This document shows positions 1 to 8,979 of a stretch of DNA of 51,806 nucleotides, piece after piece; positions within the stretch are counted from its first letter, which is position 1, and each line of letters begins with the position of its first letter. The stretch lies in the sequence record SRR20825006_2477; one strand, given 5' to 3'. The notes beneath the pieces were generated by a model that was given only the letters and a program-made list of their open reading frames with translations, did no database searches and was not told where the DNA came from. Position numbers and translations under genes: made by a program.

Positions 1-39
1 CGGCTCTGAGGGTTGGGGGTTTGAATCCCTCCGGGGTCA
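1..39 (+). tRNA. 3' half of tRNA-Arg (anticodon NCG; truncated by window edge)
   Basis: Begins with ..CG-GC-TCTGA (end of anticodon loop plus 3' anticodon stem). Then short variable loop, T-arm GGGGG-TTTGAAT-CCCTC (15-31), acceptor strand CGGGGTC (32-38) and discriminator A. CCA is not encoded and the first anticodon base lies outside the window. Confidence 0.8.
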
Positions 40-63
40 CAAAAGGTCCAAATAAATGGATGC

Positions 64-102
64 AAAAACCACGTATTTTATTAAATACGTGGTTTTTTTT
101 TT
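64..102 (+). terminator. Intrinsic terminator after tRNA
   Basis: AAAAACCACGTATTT / AAATACGTGGTTTTT inverted repeat followed by a long T run. Confidence 0.85.
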
Positions 103-273
103 GCTGCTTGAGCAAAAATATCTATCTGGCTTACTCTAAGAAGGTTTGGGCCTTGCATTTAAAGGATTAGTAATGCATTTAGCAATATTGTTTGGGTCGT
201 TCACCAGGTTCTTCTTTCATACATAGTATTTTATCTATAGGTTCACAGTTATTAAACCATTAGAAAGCATACT

Positions 274-684
274 ATGAGTGCATTATTCAAGAAATACATA
301 CCCTTACCTTTTGAGGGGAATGTAGCCGTTTTACTGTTGCGAGTAGCATTATCACTTTTTTTATTTTTTGGTCACGGGATGGGCAAAATTCTAAAATTGA
401 CCAGTAACGAACCCGTACAATTTTTAGATCCAATAGGTATAGGGAAGGAGCTTTCCCTTGTTTTGGCCACTACCGCTGAGACTTTAGGGGCGCTTTTTAT
501 ACTTCTGGGTTTGTTTACCAGAGTAGCAACTATACCTGTTCTATTTACATTAGGAGTAGCCTGTTTCATAGTACATGGATCTCAAGGATTTTCAGGGATG
601 GAAACCTTACTGCTGTACCTCCTTGGTTTTATCGTGATACTCCTTATGGGGCCAGGTAAATATGCGCTTGACGCACGTATGTAG
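274..684 (+). CDS. DoxX family membrane protein
   Basis: 136 aa, ~4 hydrophobic helices; LLLRV..HG..K, E..G..ILLGLFTR and C-terminal GPGKYALD motifs typical of DoxX. Confidence 0.8.
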   Translation: MSALFKKYIPLPFEGNVAVLLLRVALSLFLFFGHGMGKILKLTSNEPVQFLDPIGIGKELSLVLATTAETLGALFILLGLFTRVATIPVLFTLGVACFIVHGSQGFSGMETLLLYLLGFIVILLMGPGKYALDARM

Positions 685-738
685 GCTGTTATAAATGTGT
701 TAGAAATGGAATGTTATCAATTTCAATTAAAAAATGCA

Positions 739-1857
739 ATGAAACCTAACAAAGAATGGTCTAGACGAAACTTTCTAAAAACTACGAGTGCCGCGGGGAC
801 ATTCGCGGTTATGAATCCGTTTTCAGCATTCGCTCAGAAAACGTATGATATAGACCCTAAGATCGCCGCTATTGTTGCTCAAAGTTTTGCTATTGACACC
901 CACAATCACATGGATGTTCCGTTTGATGGGGCTGAATTTGATGCGCAGGCAGTTCCGTTATCAAACGAACTCCATAAATCTGGGTTTAAGGCGATAAGCA
1001 TGACCTTTTGTGTTGATAGGCCTAAGCTTAACTTTGAAGGAGAAGCTTTTGAGCGCTTTATAACTTCACTCGATAAGCATGACCAGATCCTGCGAGCGAA
1101 TGGAATAAAGAGAGTTTTAAATTCCCGTGACCTGCTACGTGCTAAAAAAGCAAGTAAGCCAGTGGTGATTCAATCTGTAGAAGGAGGTCATTTTTTAGAA
1201 GGCAAATTAGAACGGCTTGAGGTCGCCTACAACCGCGGATTAAGGCATTTAGGGTTATTGCATGATGCTCAATCGGCATATCCTCTAGGTGATATTTATA
1301 CTAATCCGTCACAATTTGGAGGTTTGACACCTTTGGGGCTTGAGGTTGTAACTGCTTGTGAGAAAGCTGGGATATTGGTAGACCTGGCCCATTGTAGCGA
1401 TGAGGCTATAAATGATGCTTTAGAAAAGATGAGCAAACCGGCAATAATATCCCACACAGGTTTGAATACACAACTGGGAAATGATCAAAAAATGGCAAAA
1501 ATGATGATGCCTAGATTGATTAGTAAGCAACAGGCTGAAATCGTTGCTGAAGCCGGCGGAGTGATAGGAGTGTGGACGCATCTTGTAGAAACACCTACTG
1601 AAATGGCACAGCATATTGCCGCTTTATGCGATATAGTGGGGACACACCATGTTTCTATAGGTACTGACTCTAGGATGGCGGTTCAAAAGGGCGGAAATGC
1701 CAGAGGTTTAACCAATCAATTCTGGGATACATCTGCTCAAGGGTTCTTTTACACCTTAGTGGATGCGATGCTTAAAACGGGGTTCACAAAAGATGAAATT
1801 TTTAATATAGGAGGGGGTAATTACTGGCGTATTTTTGAAGAGGCCATCACCGTCTAG
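739..1857 (+). CDS. Tat-exported membrane-dipeptidase-like (M19) amidohydrolase
   Basis: Twin-arginine signal SRRNFLK...AFA; motifs IDTHNH, SVEGG, VDLAH, ISHT, IGTD. Start set at ATG 739 (ORF track extends to 697). Confidence 0.75.
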   Translation: MKPNKEWSRRNFLKTTSAAGTFAVMNPFSAFAQKTYDIDPKIAAIVAQSFAIDTHNHMDVPFDGAEFDAQAVPLSNELHKSGFKAISMTFCVDRPKLNFEGEAFERFITSLDKHDQILRANGIKRVLNSRDLLRAKKASKPVVIQSVEGGHFLEGKLERLEVAYNRGLRHLGLLHDAQSAYPLGDIYTNPSQFGGLTPLGLEVVTACEKAGILVDLAHCSDEAINDALEKMSKPAIISHTGLNTQLGNDQKMAKMMMPRLISKQQAEIVAEAGGVIGVWTHLVETPTEMAQHIAALCDIVGTHHVSIGTDSRMAVQKGGNARGLTNQFWDTSAQGFFYTLVDAMLKTGFTKDEIFNIGGGNYWRIFEEAITV

Positions 1858-1876
1858 CTAACATTAAAAAGCAATC

Positions 1877-2857
1877 TTACTTCGTGTTTTTTATTTTGGA
1901 TGGAAGCACTTTGTAGTATTTTTTAAAGGTCGAAGTAAAATAAGAGATACTTTGATAACCCAGTATCGAAGCTGTTTCGGAAATGGTATTTGTTTTTAAA
2001 AGCTCAAAAGCTTTCTTCATTTTCAATTCAATAATATAAGCGCGAATGGTTTTTCCGTAGGTGCTTTTAAATTCCTTTTTCAGTTGCATTTCATTCAGCA
2101 TAACGTGTCTTGAAACCTGCTGAATAGTGGGAGTGTCTAAATAATGGTGTTCAATATAATTTAATGCTTTTGTGATTCTAGCTTGAATTCCAGTATGCGC
2201 AGCAGCATTTTCATCATCATAAAGCAAGCTGTCATTTTGATAGACACGAAGAAGCAACTCTCGCAATTTAAGGCCTACAAGGTGTTTAGGTATTCTTGAA
2301 GATGCGGTAGATTGAATGATCCCAAGTATCGTTTTCTGAATGCTATGCGTAACCTGAACATCATTGGCGCGTACAGAAGTAAGACCTATGTCATTGTTGA
2401 TTAACGTATAAATAGAATTATTGTCTTTCCACTCTTCGTGCTTTAATAAATTGATCAGGTAAGAAGACCTGAGGTAAATTAAAATAGATTCTGTGGTGCA
2501 ATTGGCAGGAGTAATGACTTGATTATTGGTTTGCTGAGCAAAGACTATTCTCAGTTTGTCATTGTCTAAAAGGTATCTAAATGCCGGTTGATTGATCTCA
2601 AGTTCACCACTAATTAAATAGGCGATAAGTACAAAGGAGCCTTCCACATTAACCTGTTCGATCAAGTCCTTTTTACAGTTACGCTTGTTATGTATTATAA
2701 CTATGTCCTTGTTAAAATGAATAGTGCTGTCAACGGTATAATCTTGATTTTTAAAGGCCACCTCTTTGAACTCTAAGTAGTCAGATTGTGGAAAGGTGTC
2801 TAGATCAAAGTGATAAAACTCTTTGTTTAAGTCGGGATACGTTGAATATAACCTCAT
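1877..2857 (-). CDS. AraC-family transcriptional regulator (module 1)
   Basis: C-terminal double HTH (LKKEFKSTYGKTI...LGYQSISYFTSTFKKYY). Start moved from TTG 2905 to ATG 2857, giving 326 aa versus 325 aa for the paralog, with the same upstream motif. Confidence 0.88.
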   Translation of the reverse strand: MRLYSTYPDLNKEFYHFDLDTFPQSDYLEFKEVAFKNQDYTVDSTIHFNKDIVIIHNKRNCKKDLIEQVNVEGSFVLIAYLISGELEINQPAFRYLLDNDKLRIVFAQQTNNQVITPANCTTESILIYLRSSYLINLLKHEEWKDNNSIYTLINNDIGLTSVRANDVQVTHSIQKTILGIIQSTASSRIPKHLVGLKLRELLLRVYQNDSLLYDDENAAAHTGIQARITKALNYIEHHYLDTPTIQQVSRHVMLNEMQLKKEFKSTYGKTIRAYIIELKMKKAFELLKTNTISETASILGYQSISYFTSTFKKYYKVLPSKIKNTK

Positions 2858-2862
2858 AATTC

Positions 2863-2885
2863 CGTTTACCGTTAATTTGATTCCC
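2863..2885. promoter_or_regulatory. Conserved 23-bp motif, putative AraC operator (copy 1)
   Basis: CGTTTACCGTTAATTTGATTCCC; 19/23 identical to 13789-13811 in the paralogous intergenic region. Confidence 0.55.
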
Positions 2886-2926
2886 GATTCTATTGATGTG
2901 ATCAAGTTTCAACAAGGAAATTTGCG

Positions 2927-2934
2927 CAAATATA
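2927..2934 (-). promoter_or_regulatory. Bacteroidota -7 promoter element for the AraC gene
   Basis: TATATTTG on the minus strand matches TAnnTTTG. Confidence 0.5.
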
Positions 2935-2955
2935 ATTTAGAATTAAATTAAATAA
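2933..2955. promoter_or_regulatory. Putative iron-repressor (Fur-like) box 1
   Basis: TAATTTAGA-ATTAA-ATTAAATAA, an imperfect 9-5-9 palindrome that recurs before all three TonB receptors of the cluster. Confidence 0.6.
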
Positions 2956-2958
2956 AAA

Positions 2959-5355
2959 TTGTTTAAAACACTACTTCAATCCTGTTTGTTTTTGAGCCTT
3001 TTAGTATGCAGTACACTAGGTTACAGTCAAGAACGCTACAGTATCTCGGGTAAACTATCTGATCAAGCCGGAGCCCCTTTGACTGATGCGTATATCTATT
3101 TAGAGCATACGCAAATTTACACGATGACTAATCAAGCTGGTGAATTTAAGCTAAGCGCACCAACAGGTACATACCAGCTGGTTTGTTCTTTAATGGGATA
3201 TGAAAAAAAGACCATCTCGATTGAGTTGCACAACGATCTAAACGTAGCTTACAAATTGGGCCCAGATCGTGAGATGCAGCTTGATGAAGTACAAATAAAA
3301 GGAAAATCAGTTATTGAGAAGGTCAGAGAATCGGCTTATAATGTTGTGGCTGTAGATGCTCAGGCTATGACCAATACAACGGCCGATCTTTCAAATGCGC
3401 TGGAGCAAGCTTCCGGAGTCAAAGTACGACGTTCTGGCGGATTGGGTTCTAGGGCCTCAATTTCGTTAAACGGATTTACAGGACGCCGGGTTAAACTTTT
3501 TATGGACGGTGTGCCTATGGAAGGTTTTGGAGATGCTTTTCAGCTCAATAACATACCGGTATCCATCGCAGATCGTATTGAAGTTTATAAAGGGGTGGTT
3601 CCTATTGAATTTGGTACAGACGCTATGGGCGGGGTCATAAATATAGTGACCAACCAGCGCTCAAATACTTTTGTAGACGCTTCCTATGCTTTTGGTTCCT
3701 TTAATACGCATCGTGCCAGTGTAAGTACAGGCTTTACCTCTAAAAATGGGTTTTCTGTTTTAGTAAATGGTTTTCTTAATTATTCAGATAATAATTATAA
3801 AGTACATCTTGATAAGATGCTGGATGTGAATACAGGTACATACGTCGCCGGGGATTATGAAGTAGAGCGCTTTCACGATACGTATCAAAACAAAACGGTT
3901 ATGGCTAAGGCCGGATTTGTAAAAAAATGGTGGGCAGATCGTTTTTTTGTTGGTCTTACTGTAGGGGAGCTGGAAGCTGATGTTCAAAATGCTTATACTA
4001 TGGAAATCGTTTATGGTGCGCGTACAAGGGCATCAAAAACCTTGTTGCCGTCCCTGGAATATTATAAACGAAATTTTTTAACCAAAAACCTTACCGCCAG
4101 AGTCACCGCAAATTATAACCATAATGCTAATAAAAGTATAGATACCGTTGCGCGTCTTTACAATTGGTATGGTGATTATGCTACTACAAGAACAAGAGGA
4201 GAGAGCGGTACCAACACGCTTTCAGAATTCAAAGATAATAATGTATCAGCGACAGCAAATTTGTCTTATGACATAAACAAAAAACACTCTATAAAGCTCA
4301 ACGATGTCATCACGGGCTATGAGCGTAAATTATCAAGCGATGTACCGTTAGACCAGCTGACCTCTGCTACAGATACGATGCGCAGAGCGTCTAGAAAAAA
4401 TGTGATAGGACTTTCTTATGGGTATCGCCCTTCTAAAAAATGGAACGTCAACTTCTTCGGGAAACACTACTACCAATATGTTGTGGGGCCGGTTGATACC
4501 GTTACCGTAGGCAATAACAGTCAGTATGAAGAGCAAGAGCGTTCCTTTCAAACATCAGGTTACGGGCTGGCAGCTACCTATTTCTTTAATAATGCAATTC
4601 AGTTAAAAGCTTCAGCAGAACGGGCTTATAATTTACCTTCTGCGCAACAGCTCTTTGGCGACGAGGTACTCAATACAGCCAACACAAGCTTAAAAGCTGA
4701 AAACTCATCTAATTTCAATCTTGGCGTTTCTTCAAATAGTAGATTGAAAAATGACGATGTGTTATATGTAGATGTTAATGGTTATTACCGCTTAACAAAA
4801 GACTTTATTCAGCGGGTGCAAAGTGCACGATATGGAACGGTAGGAAATGTGAATTTTGGGCGTGTTAGAAATATTGGAGCTGACGCAGAAGTACGCTATT
4901 ATCATAAAAATAAGGTGATGGTAGGCGGTACCCTTACCTATATGGATTTGCGTAACCGGGAGCAAATACGAGATGCATCCTCTTCAGTAACATCTTCAAC
5001 TTACAATAACAGGATGCCCAATATTCCGTACTTCTTTGGTAACGCCGATGCCGCTTATTACGTACACGATATTTTCGGTAAGAATAATGTATTGAGTTTA
5101 AACTACAATTTTAATTATGTAGGTGAATTCTATCTACTATGGGAAAGCCAAGGAAGTAGTAATACCAAAGCAACCCTACCAGAACAAGTTTATCATGACT
5201 TTTCGGTGAACCTTTCCTTAGCAAAAGGAACGTACAACATCACGTTAGAGGCACTCAATTTTACAGATGCCAGGCTTTATGACAATTTCAGTCTGCAAAA
5301 ACCGGGAAGAGCATTTAACGTGAAGTTCAGATACTATTGGAACAGAAGAAAATAA
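2959..5355 (+). CDS. TonB-dependent receptor (XusA-like, module 1)
   Basis: Signal peptide, N-terminal carboxypeptidase-regulatory-like domain, plug motif DRIEVYKG...GGVINIVT, barrel ending LYDNFSLQKPGR..VKFRY. Confidence 0.92.
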   Translation: MFKTLLQSCLFLSLLVCSTLGYSQERYSISGKLSDQAGAPLTDAYIYLEHTQIYTMTNQAGEFKLSAPTGTYQLVCSLMGYEKKTISIELHNDLNVAYKLGPDREMQLDEVQIKGKSVIEKVRESAYNVVAVDAQAMTNTTADLSNALEQASGVKVRRSGGLGSRASISLNGFTGRRVKLFMDGVPMEGFGDAFQLNNIPVSIADRIEVYKGVVPIEFGTDAMGGVINIVTNQRSNTFVDASYAFGSFNTHRASVSTGFTSKNGFSVLVNGFLNYSDNNYKVHLDKMLDVNTGTYVAGDYEVERFHDTYQNKTVMAKAGFVKKWWADRFFVGLTVGELEADVQNAYTMEIVYGARTRASKTLLPSLEYYKRNFLTKNLTARVTANYNHNANKSIDTVARLYNWYGDYATTRTRGESGTNTLSEFKDNNVSATANLSYDINKKHSIKLNDVITGYERKLSSDVPLDQLTSATDTMRRASRKNVIGLSYGYRPSKKWNVNFFGKHYYQYVVGPVDTVTVGNNSQYEEQERSFQTSGYGLAATYFFNNAIQLKASAERAYNLPSAQQLFGDEVLNTANTSLKAENSSNFNLGVSSNSRLKNDDVLYVDVNGYYRLTKDFIQRVQSARYGTVGNVNFGRVRNIGADAEVRYYHKNKVMVGGTLTYMDLRNREQIRDASSSVTSSTYNNRMPNIPYFFGNADAAYYVHDIFGKNNVLSLNYNFNYVGEFYLLWESQGSSNTKATLPEQVYHDFSVNLSLAKGTYNITLEALNFTDARLYDNFSLQKPGRAFNVKFRYYWNRRK

Positions 5356-5385
5356 AATCATTTAATTCAAACAACAACAAAAATC

Positions 5386-6615
5386 ATGAATATCAATTTT
5401 AAAACAAGCACTTTAGGATTACTCCTAGCGGGAGCACTACTCACAGGGTGCAGTAACGATGATAGCAGTACCGAAGAACCAACAGAACCAGAAGTGAATC
5501 TTGAAGCCAAGTATTTTATAGCTGCAGAAAATGATAACGGTACTTATTTCTTAACTGAAGAATCGCTTAACTCAGGAACAACTACCACTACCGGAAATGG
5601 TATCGAGGATCCTAATTCGTACACTCATTATTCATATAATGGCAATGAGGCTGTTATGGGATTATGGTATCGTCAGGGAAATCCGGCGATTGGAGTAATG
5701 TATGGTTTAGATGCTTCAGGAACTTTAACTGAAATCGGTGCCGGTTTTCAGATGACTAACGGTTATTCATCAGTAGGTCCATTCGAAAACTACATTGTAG
5801 CAACCCGTGGAGGCATTACATTTGACGATGGTAGTGTAGGGCAAAACTTTTACTTTATAGATCTTGATAATAATGCCACAGTATCATCAAAGCAATTAAC
5901 TACGCTTGATCTTGTGGGTAATGGTCTAGAATGTAATCTGGTAGGCGTTGTAGACGCTGGAGATGGTTCTTTTCTTTCTGCTGTAGAGGTTCAAGACGGG
6001 GATGTAGATACCTGCTACATTGTTAAATTAGATGCAGATGCTACTGTGCTCAATATTTTAGAAGATGATCGTATAGGTCAAGCACTGGGGCAGTGGCGTT
6101 CTGCGCGCTACTCGCTTATCGCAAATGATGATGAAGGAAACACTTATGTTTTTGGAAATCCTAATGGAGGGACACTAAAAGGAGGAGCATTAAAAATTCC
6201 ACAAGGAAGCACTTCTTTTGATTCAAGTTACTATTTCAATATTCAGGATCAAGCAGATGGTTATGCTTTTAGAAAGGTTTATCACGTTACCGGAAAGTAC
6301 TTTTTACTAGAATTTTACAATGAGTATGAGCCGGGCAACGGTACAGCAGCTACCAAATATGGAATCGTAAATGTAGAAACTCAAAGTTTTTCTTGGATTA
6401 CCGGTCTTCCTAGTACAGATAATATCAACGATGTGGGCTGGCCCTATGCAAGTGATGATGTGGTGTATATACCTATTACTACTGCAGATGCAAGCCCAAC
6501 AGTATATGTTGTTAATCCCGTAACAGCATCAGCTACAGCAGGTATTATAGTAGAGTCTGCTACCGCTATTGGTGGTTTAGCAAAACTTGAATACGAACCG
6601 GAAACTACTAATTAA
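5386..6615 (+). CDS. DUF4374-type surface lipoprotein (XusB-like, module 1)
   Basis: Lipobox LTGC followed by acidic SNDD; motifs EDDRIG, FDSSYYFNI, FSWITGLP; directly downstream of the receptor. Confidence 0.75.
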   Translation: MNINFKTSTLGLLLAGALLTGCSNDDSSTEEPTEPEVNLEAKYFIAAENDNGTYFLTEESLNSGTTTTTGNGIEDPNSYTHYSYNGNEAVMGLWYRQGNPAIGVMYGLDASGTLTEIGAGFQMTNGYSSVGPFENYIVATRGGITFDDGSVGQNFYFIDLDNNATVSSKQLTTLDLVGNGLECNLVGVVDAGDGSFLSAVEVQDGDVDTCYIVKLDADATVLNILEDDRIGQALGQWRSARYSLIANDDEGNTYVFGNPNGGTLKGGALKIPQGSTSFDSSYYFNIQDQADGYAFRKVYHVTGKYFLLEFYNEYEPGNGTAATKYGIVNVETQSFSWITGLPSTDNINDVGWPYASDDVVYIPITTADASPTVYVVNPVTASATAGIIVESATAIGGLAKLEYEPETTN

Positions 6616-6623
6616 TGGCATCC

Positions 6624-6653
6624 AAGCCCAGACGTGTATACGTCTGGGCTTTT
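6624..6653 (+). terminator. Intra-operon hairpin/terminator after DUF4374 gene
   Basis: Perfect 12-bp stem AAGCCCAGACGT-gtat-ACGTCTGGGCTT plus a short T run. Confidence 0.7.
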
Positions 6654-6669
6654 ATAATTCTTATTAAGT

Positions 6670-8187
6670 ATGAAACAAAGAATAACCTTTTTATTTATTG
6701 TGCTGGGTGTACTAGGAAGTAGCTTTGCGCAATCTACGGTTTTAGCAACTGACACATTTTGGGAGTCAGATCCTGACTTAAACGCAGTAAAAGCAGAAGT
6801 CAAAAAGGGATTTGATTTTGCAAATATGGGGATCAGCGATGACCCAATAATGCTTGCCATACGCAATGAAGCAGATCTAAATATAATCACATATCTCTTA
6901 GAACAACCGGATGTTGATATTGATAAACTGGTTTTTGAAGGAAGACACTATTTGCATATCGCTGCAAACGATGGTAACGATCAATTGGTAGATTATTTGT
7001 TAGAAAATGGTTCTGACATTGATTTCTTAGATGCTAACGGGCATACCGCATTTACATTTGCCGGTTTTCAAGGCCACTTAACCAAAGTTATGATAGACGT
7101 GTTCATCAAACATGGTATAGACTTGAATAAAAAATATCCGGAAAAGGATGGTGCCAATATCCTGCTCATATCTATTCCCTATGACAAAGATTTGACTATT
7201 ACAGATTATTTAGTCTCTAAAGGAGTTTCTATCAATTCTGTGGATGATGAGGGGAATACGGCTTTCAATCACGCTGCAAAAATAGGTAGTGTACCTATGA
7301 TGAAAACGCTTCTAGAACGCGGGGTAACCTATACAGATGAAGCGCTCTTAATCGCATCACAAGGAACTTACAGGTCTGCAAATGATATCGACGTTTATTA
7401 CTATTTAGTAGATGATCTAGGTATTAGTCCAACACTTACGAGTGAGCAGGGACTAAACGTATTGCACGCAATTGCTAAGAAAAACGATCAGGATGAGGTG
7501 ATCAACTATTTTCTATCAAAAGGGGTTGATGTCAATCAACAGGATGAAGATGGGAACACTCCATTTTTAAATGCCGCAGGTGGGCGAAGTTTTAAAGCAG
7601 TAGAATTAATGTTTCCTTATTTGGCTGAAGGCGCGGTAAACGCAACTAACGCACAGGGACAAACTGCATTGATGCTTGCTGCAGGTTCTAATGCGCCCGA
7701 AGCAGTTTCATTTTTACTAGAAAATGGCGCTGAAGTAGCACTGAAGGATGAAAGGGGTAATGATGCCGGATTTTACCTTATAGACTCCTATAGAGCGCCA
7801 AGAAGGGGAAGAGGTCCCGCGACCGAAAGTAACGCACAAAACCCTGTTGAAGCAAAACTGAAAACCTTACTAGCTGCGGGTTACGCTGTTAATACCCTGC
7901 AAGAAGAAAACAACAGTTTGCTACATCTCGCTGCTGAGAAAAACGAATTAACACTAGTTAAGCCGTTGGTTGAAAACGGAATTGACCTAAATGTTGTTAA
8001 CGATAACGGAAACACAGCATTGCACATCGCAGCGATGAAGGCTGAAAATGAAAAGATTTTAGCATTACTAGTTAAGGCTGGTGCTGATACGTCAATAGAG
8101 ACACAGTTTGGAGAAACAGCCTATGACCTTGCTGGTGAAAATGAAGCTATATCAGGTAAAGCCGAAAAACTATCTTTTTTAAAATAA
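6670..8187 (+). CDS. Secreted ankyrin-repeat protein (module 1)
   Basis: Sec signal (SSFA-Q); many ankyrin repeats (GRHYLHIAA, GNTAFNHAA, GQTALMLAA, GNTALHIAA). Confidence 0.9.
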   Translation: MKQRITFLFIVLGVLGSSFAQSTVLATDTFWESDPDLNAVKAEVKKGFDFANMGISDDPIMLAIRNEADLNIITYLLEQPDVDIDKLVFEGRHYLHIAANDGNDQLVDYLLENGSDIDFLDANGHTAFTFAGFQGHLTKVMIDVFIKHGIDLNKKYPEKDGANILLISIPYDKDLTITDYLVSKGVSINSVDDEGNTAFNHAAKIGSVPMMKTLLERGVTYTDEALLIASQGTYRSANDIDVYYYLVDDLGISPTLTSEQGLNVLHAIAKKNDQDEVINYFLSKGVDVNQQDEDGNTPFLNAAGGRSFKAVELMFPYLAEGAVNATNAQGQTALMLAAGSNAPEAVSFLLENGAEVALKDERGNDAGFYLIDSYRAPRRGRGPATESNAQNPVEAKLKTLLAAGYAVNTLQEENNSLLHLAAEKNELTLVKPLVENGIDLNVVNDNGNTALHIAAMKAENEKILALLVKAGADTSIETQFGETAYDLAGENEAISGKAEKLSFLK

Positions 8188-8189
8188 CG

Positions 8190-8699
8190 ATGCTACAACA
8201 AAGAATGAAGATGAAAAGAATTTTGTGTTGCCTCGTTGCGGTACTTGTGCTAGGTGCTACCCAAGGCTGGAGATCAAAATCAGATGAGCAACTTAAGTTA
8301 AAATGTTTGATCCAATTGACTAATTATTCAGGTGAAGGTGCGTATATGGCAGCATCTCTAATCGACCAGAATGGGACATATGAGCAAACACTTTATGTGA
8401 TGGGTCAAGATGAAAAATGGTATAACGAACTCGTAAGTTGGTTTTCATTTTTTGAAAAGAAAAAAGAAGCGGTAGATGCTATTAGTGGAGCCACTATTGC
8501 TGGAGGCGAGCGCACTATTTGTGTTCTTGAAATACCTAAAGAAAAACTGGATAAGGGATACAAGCTGCGCTTTGAAACCTCTGTAGAAAGTCAGAAATAT
8601 TATGAAAACGATGTTGAGGTAGCACTCACTTCAAGCACAATTAAAGGAAACTACGAAGGTACAGGTTACATTCGCTATGTGCGATTAATCCCTAATTAG
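8190..8699 (+). CDS. DUF2271 family exported protein with DAISGAT flavinylation motif (module 1)
   Basis: Signal-like N-terminus (start could be 8205/8211); NYSGEGAY, Y..TL.V.G...KWY, VDAISGAT, GYKLRFET.VE. Confidence 0.75.
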   Translation: MLQQRMKMKRILCCLVAVLVLGATQGWRSKSDEQLKLKCLIQLTNYSGEGAYMAASLIDQNGTYEQTLYVMGQDEKWYNELVSWFSFFEKKKEAVDAISGATIAGGERTICVLEIPKEKLDKGYKLRFETSVESQKYYENDVEVALTSSTIKGNYEGTGYIRYVRLIPN

Positions 8700-8751
8700 C
8701 GGATCTAAAAACATAATTGAATTTTTAGAAATCAATTATCTTGAAAGTAGG

Positions 8752-8780
8752 CCTGATCACGAAAGTGGTCAGGTTTTTTT
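8752..8780 (+). terminator. Intrinsic terminator ending module 1
   Basis: CCTGATCAC-GAAA-GTGGTCAGG followed by T7. Confidence 0.85.
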
Positions 8781-8896
8781 ATTTGCATGAACAATGGCAA
8801 TACATCTACGAGTTGGTTTAAAAAGCTTTCATTTTTAGTATTCCGAAGTGTGATTGAAACCCTCAAGAGCATAGATTTTATTACCGATGGTGTATC

Positions 8897-8930
8897 AAAA
8901 AAAAGGTGATTAGCCTAAACTAACCACCTT
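8897..8930 (-). terminator. Intrinsic terminator of the DUF6607-like gene
   Basis: A8 then GGTGATTAG...CTAACCACC hairpin (T run on the minus strand). Confidence 0.75.
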
Positions 8931-8979
8931 AAAATTCAACAGCAATATTCTCGCTGAAACAAACACTCTTCAGGGAAGA

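Noticed and set aside
2858-2905. N-terminal extension of AraC-1 from TTG 2905
   Set aside because: It covers the conserved non-coding motif, and ATG 2857 gives a length matching the paralog.
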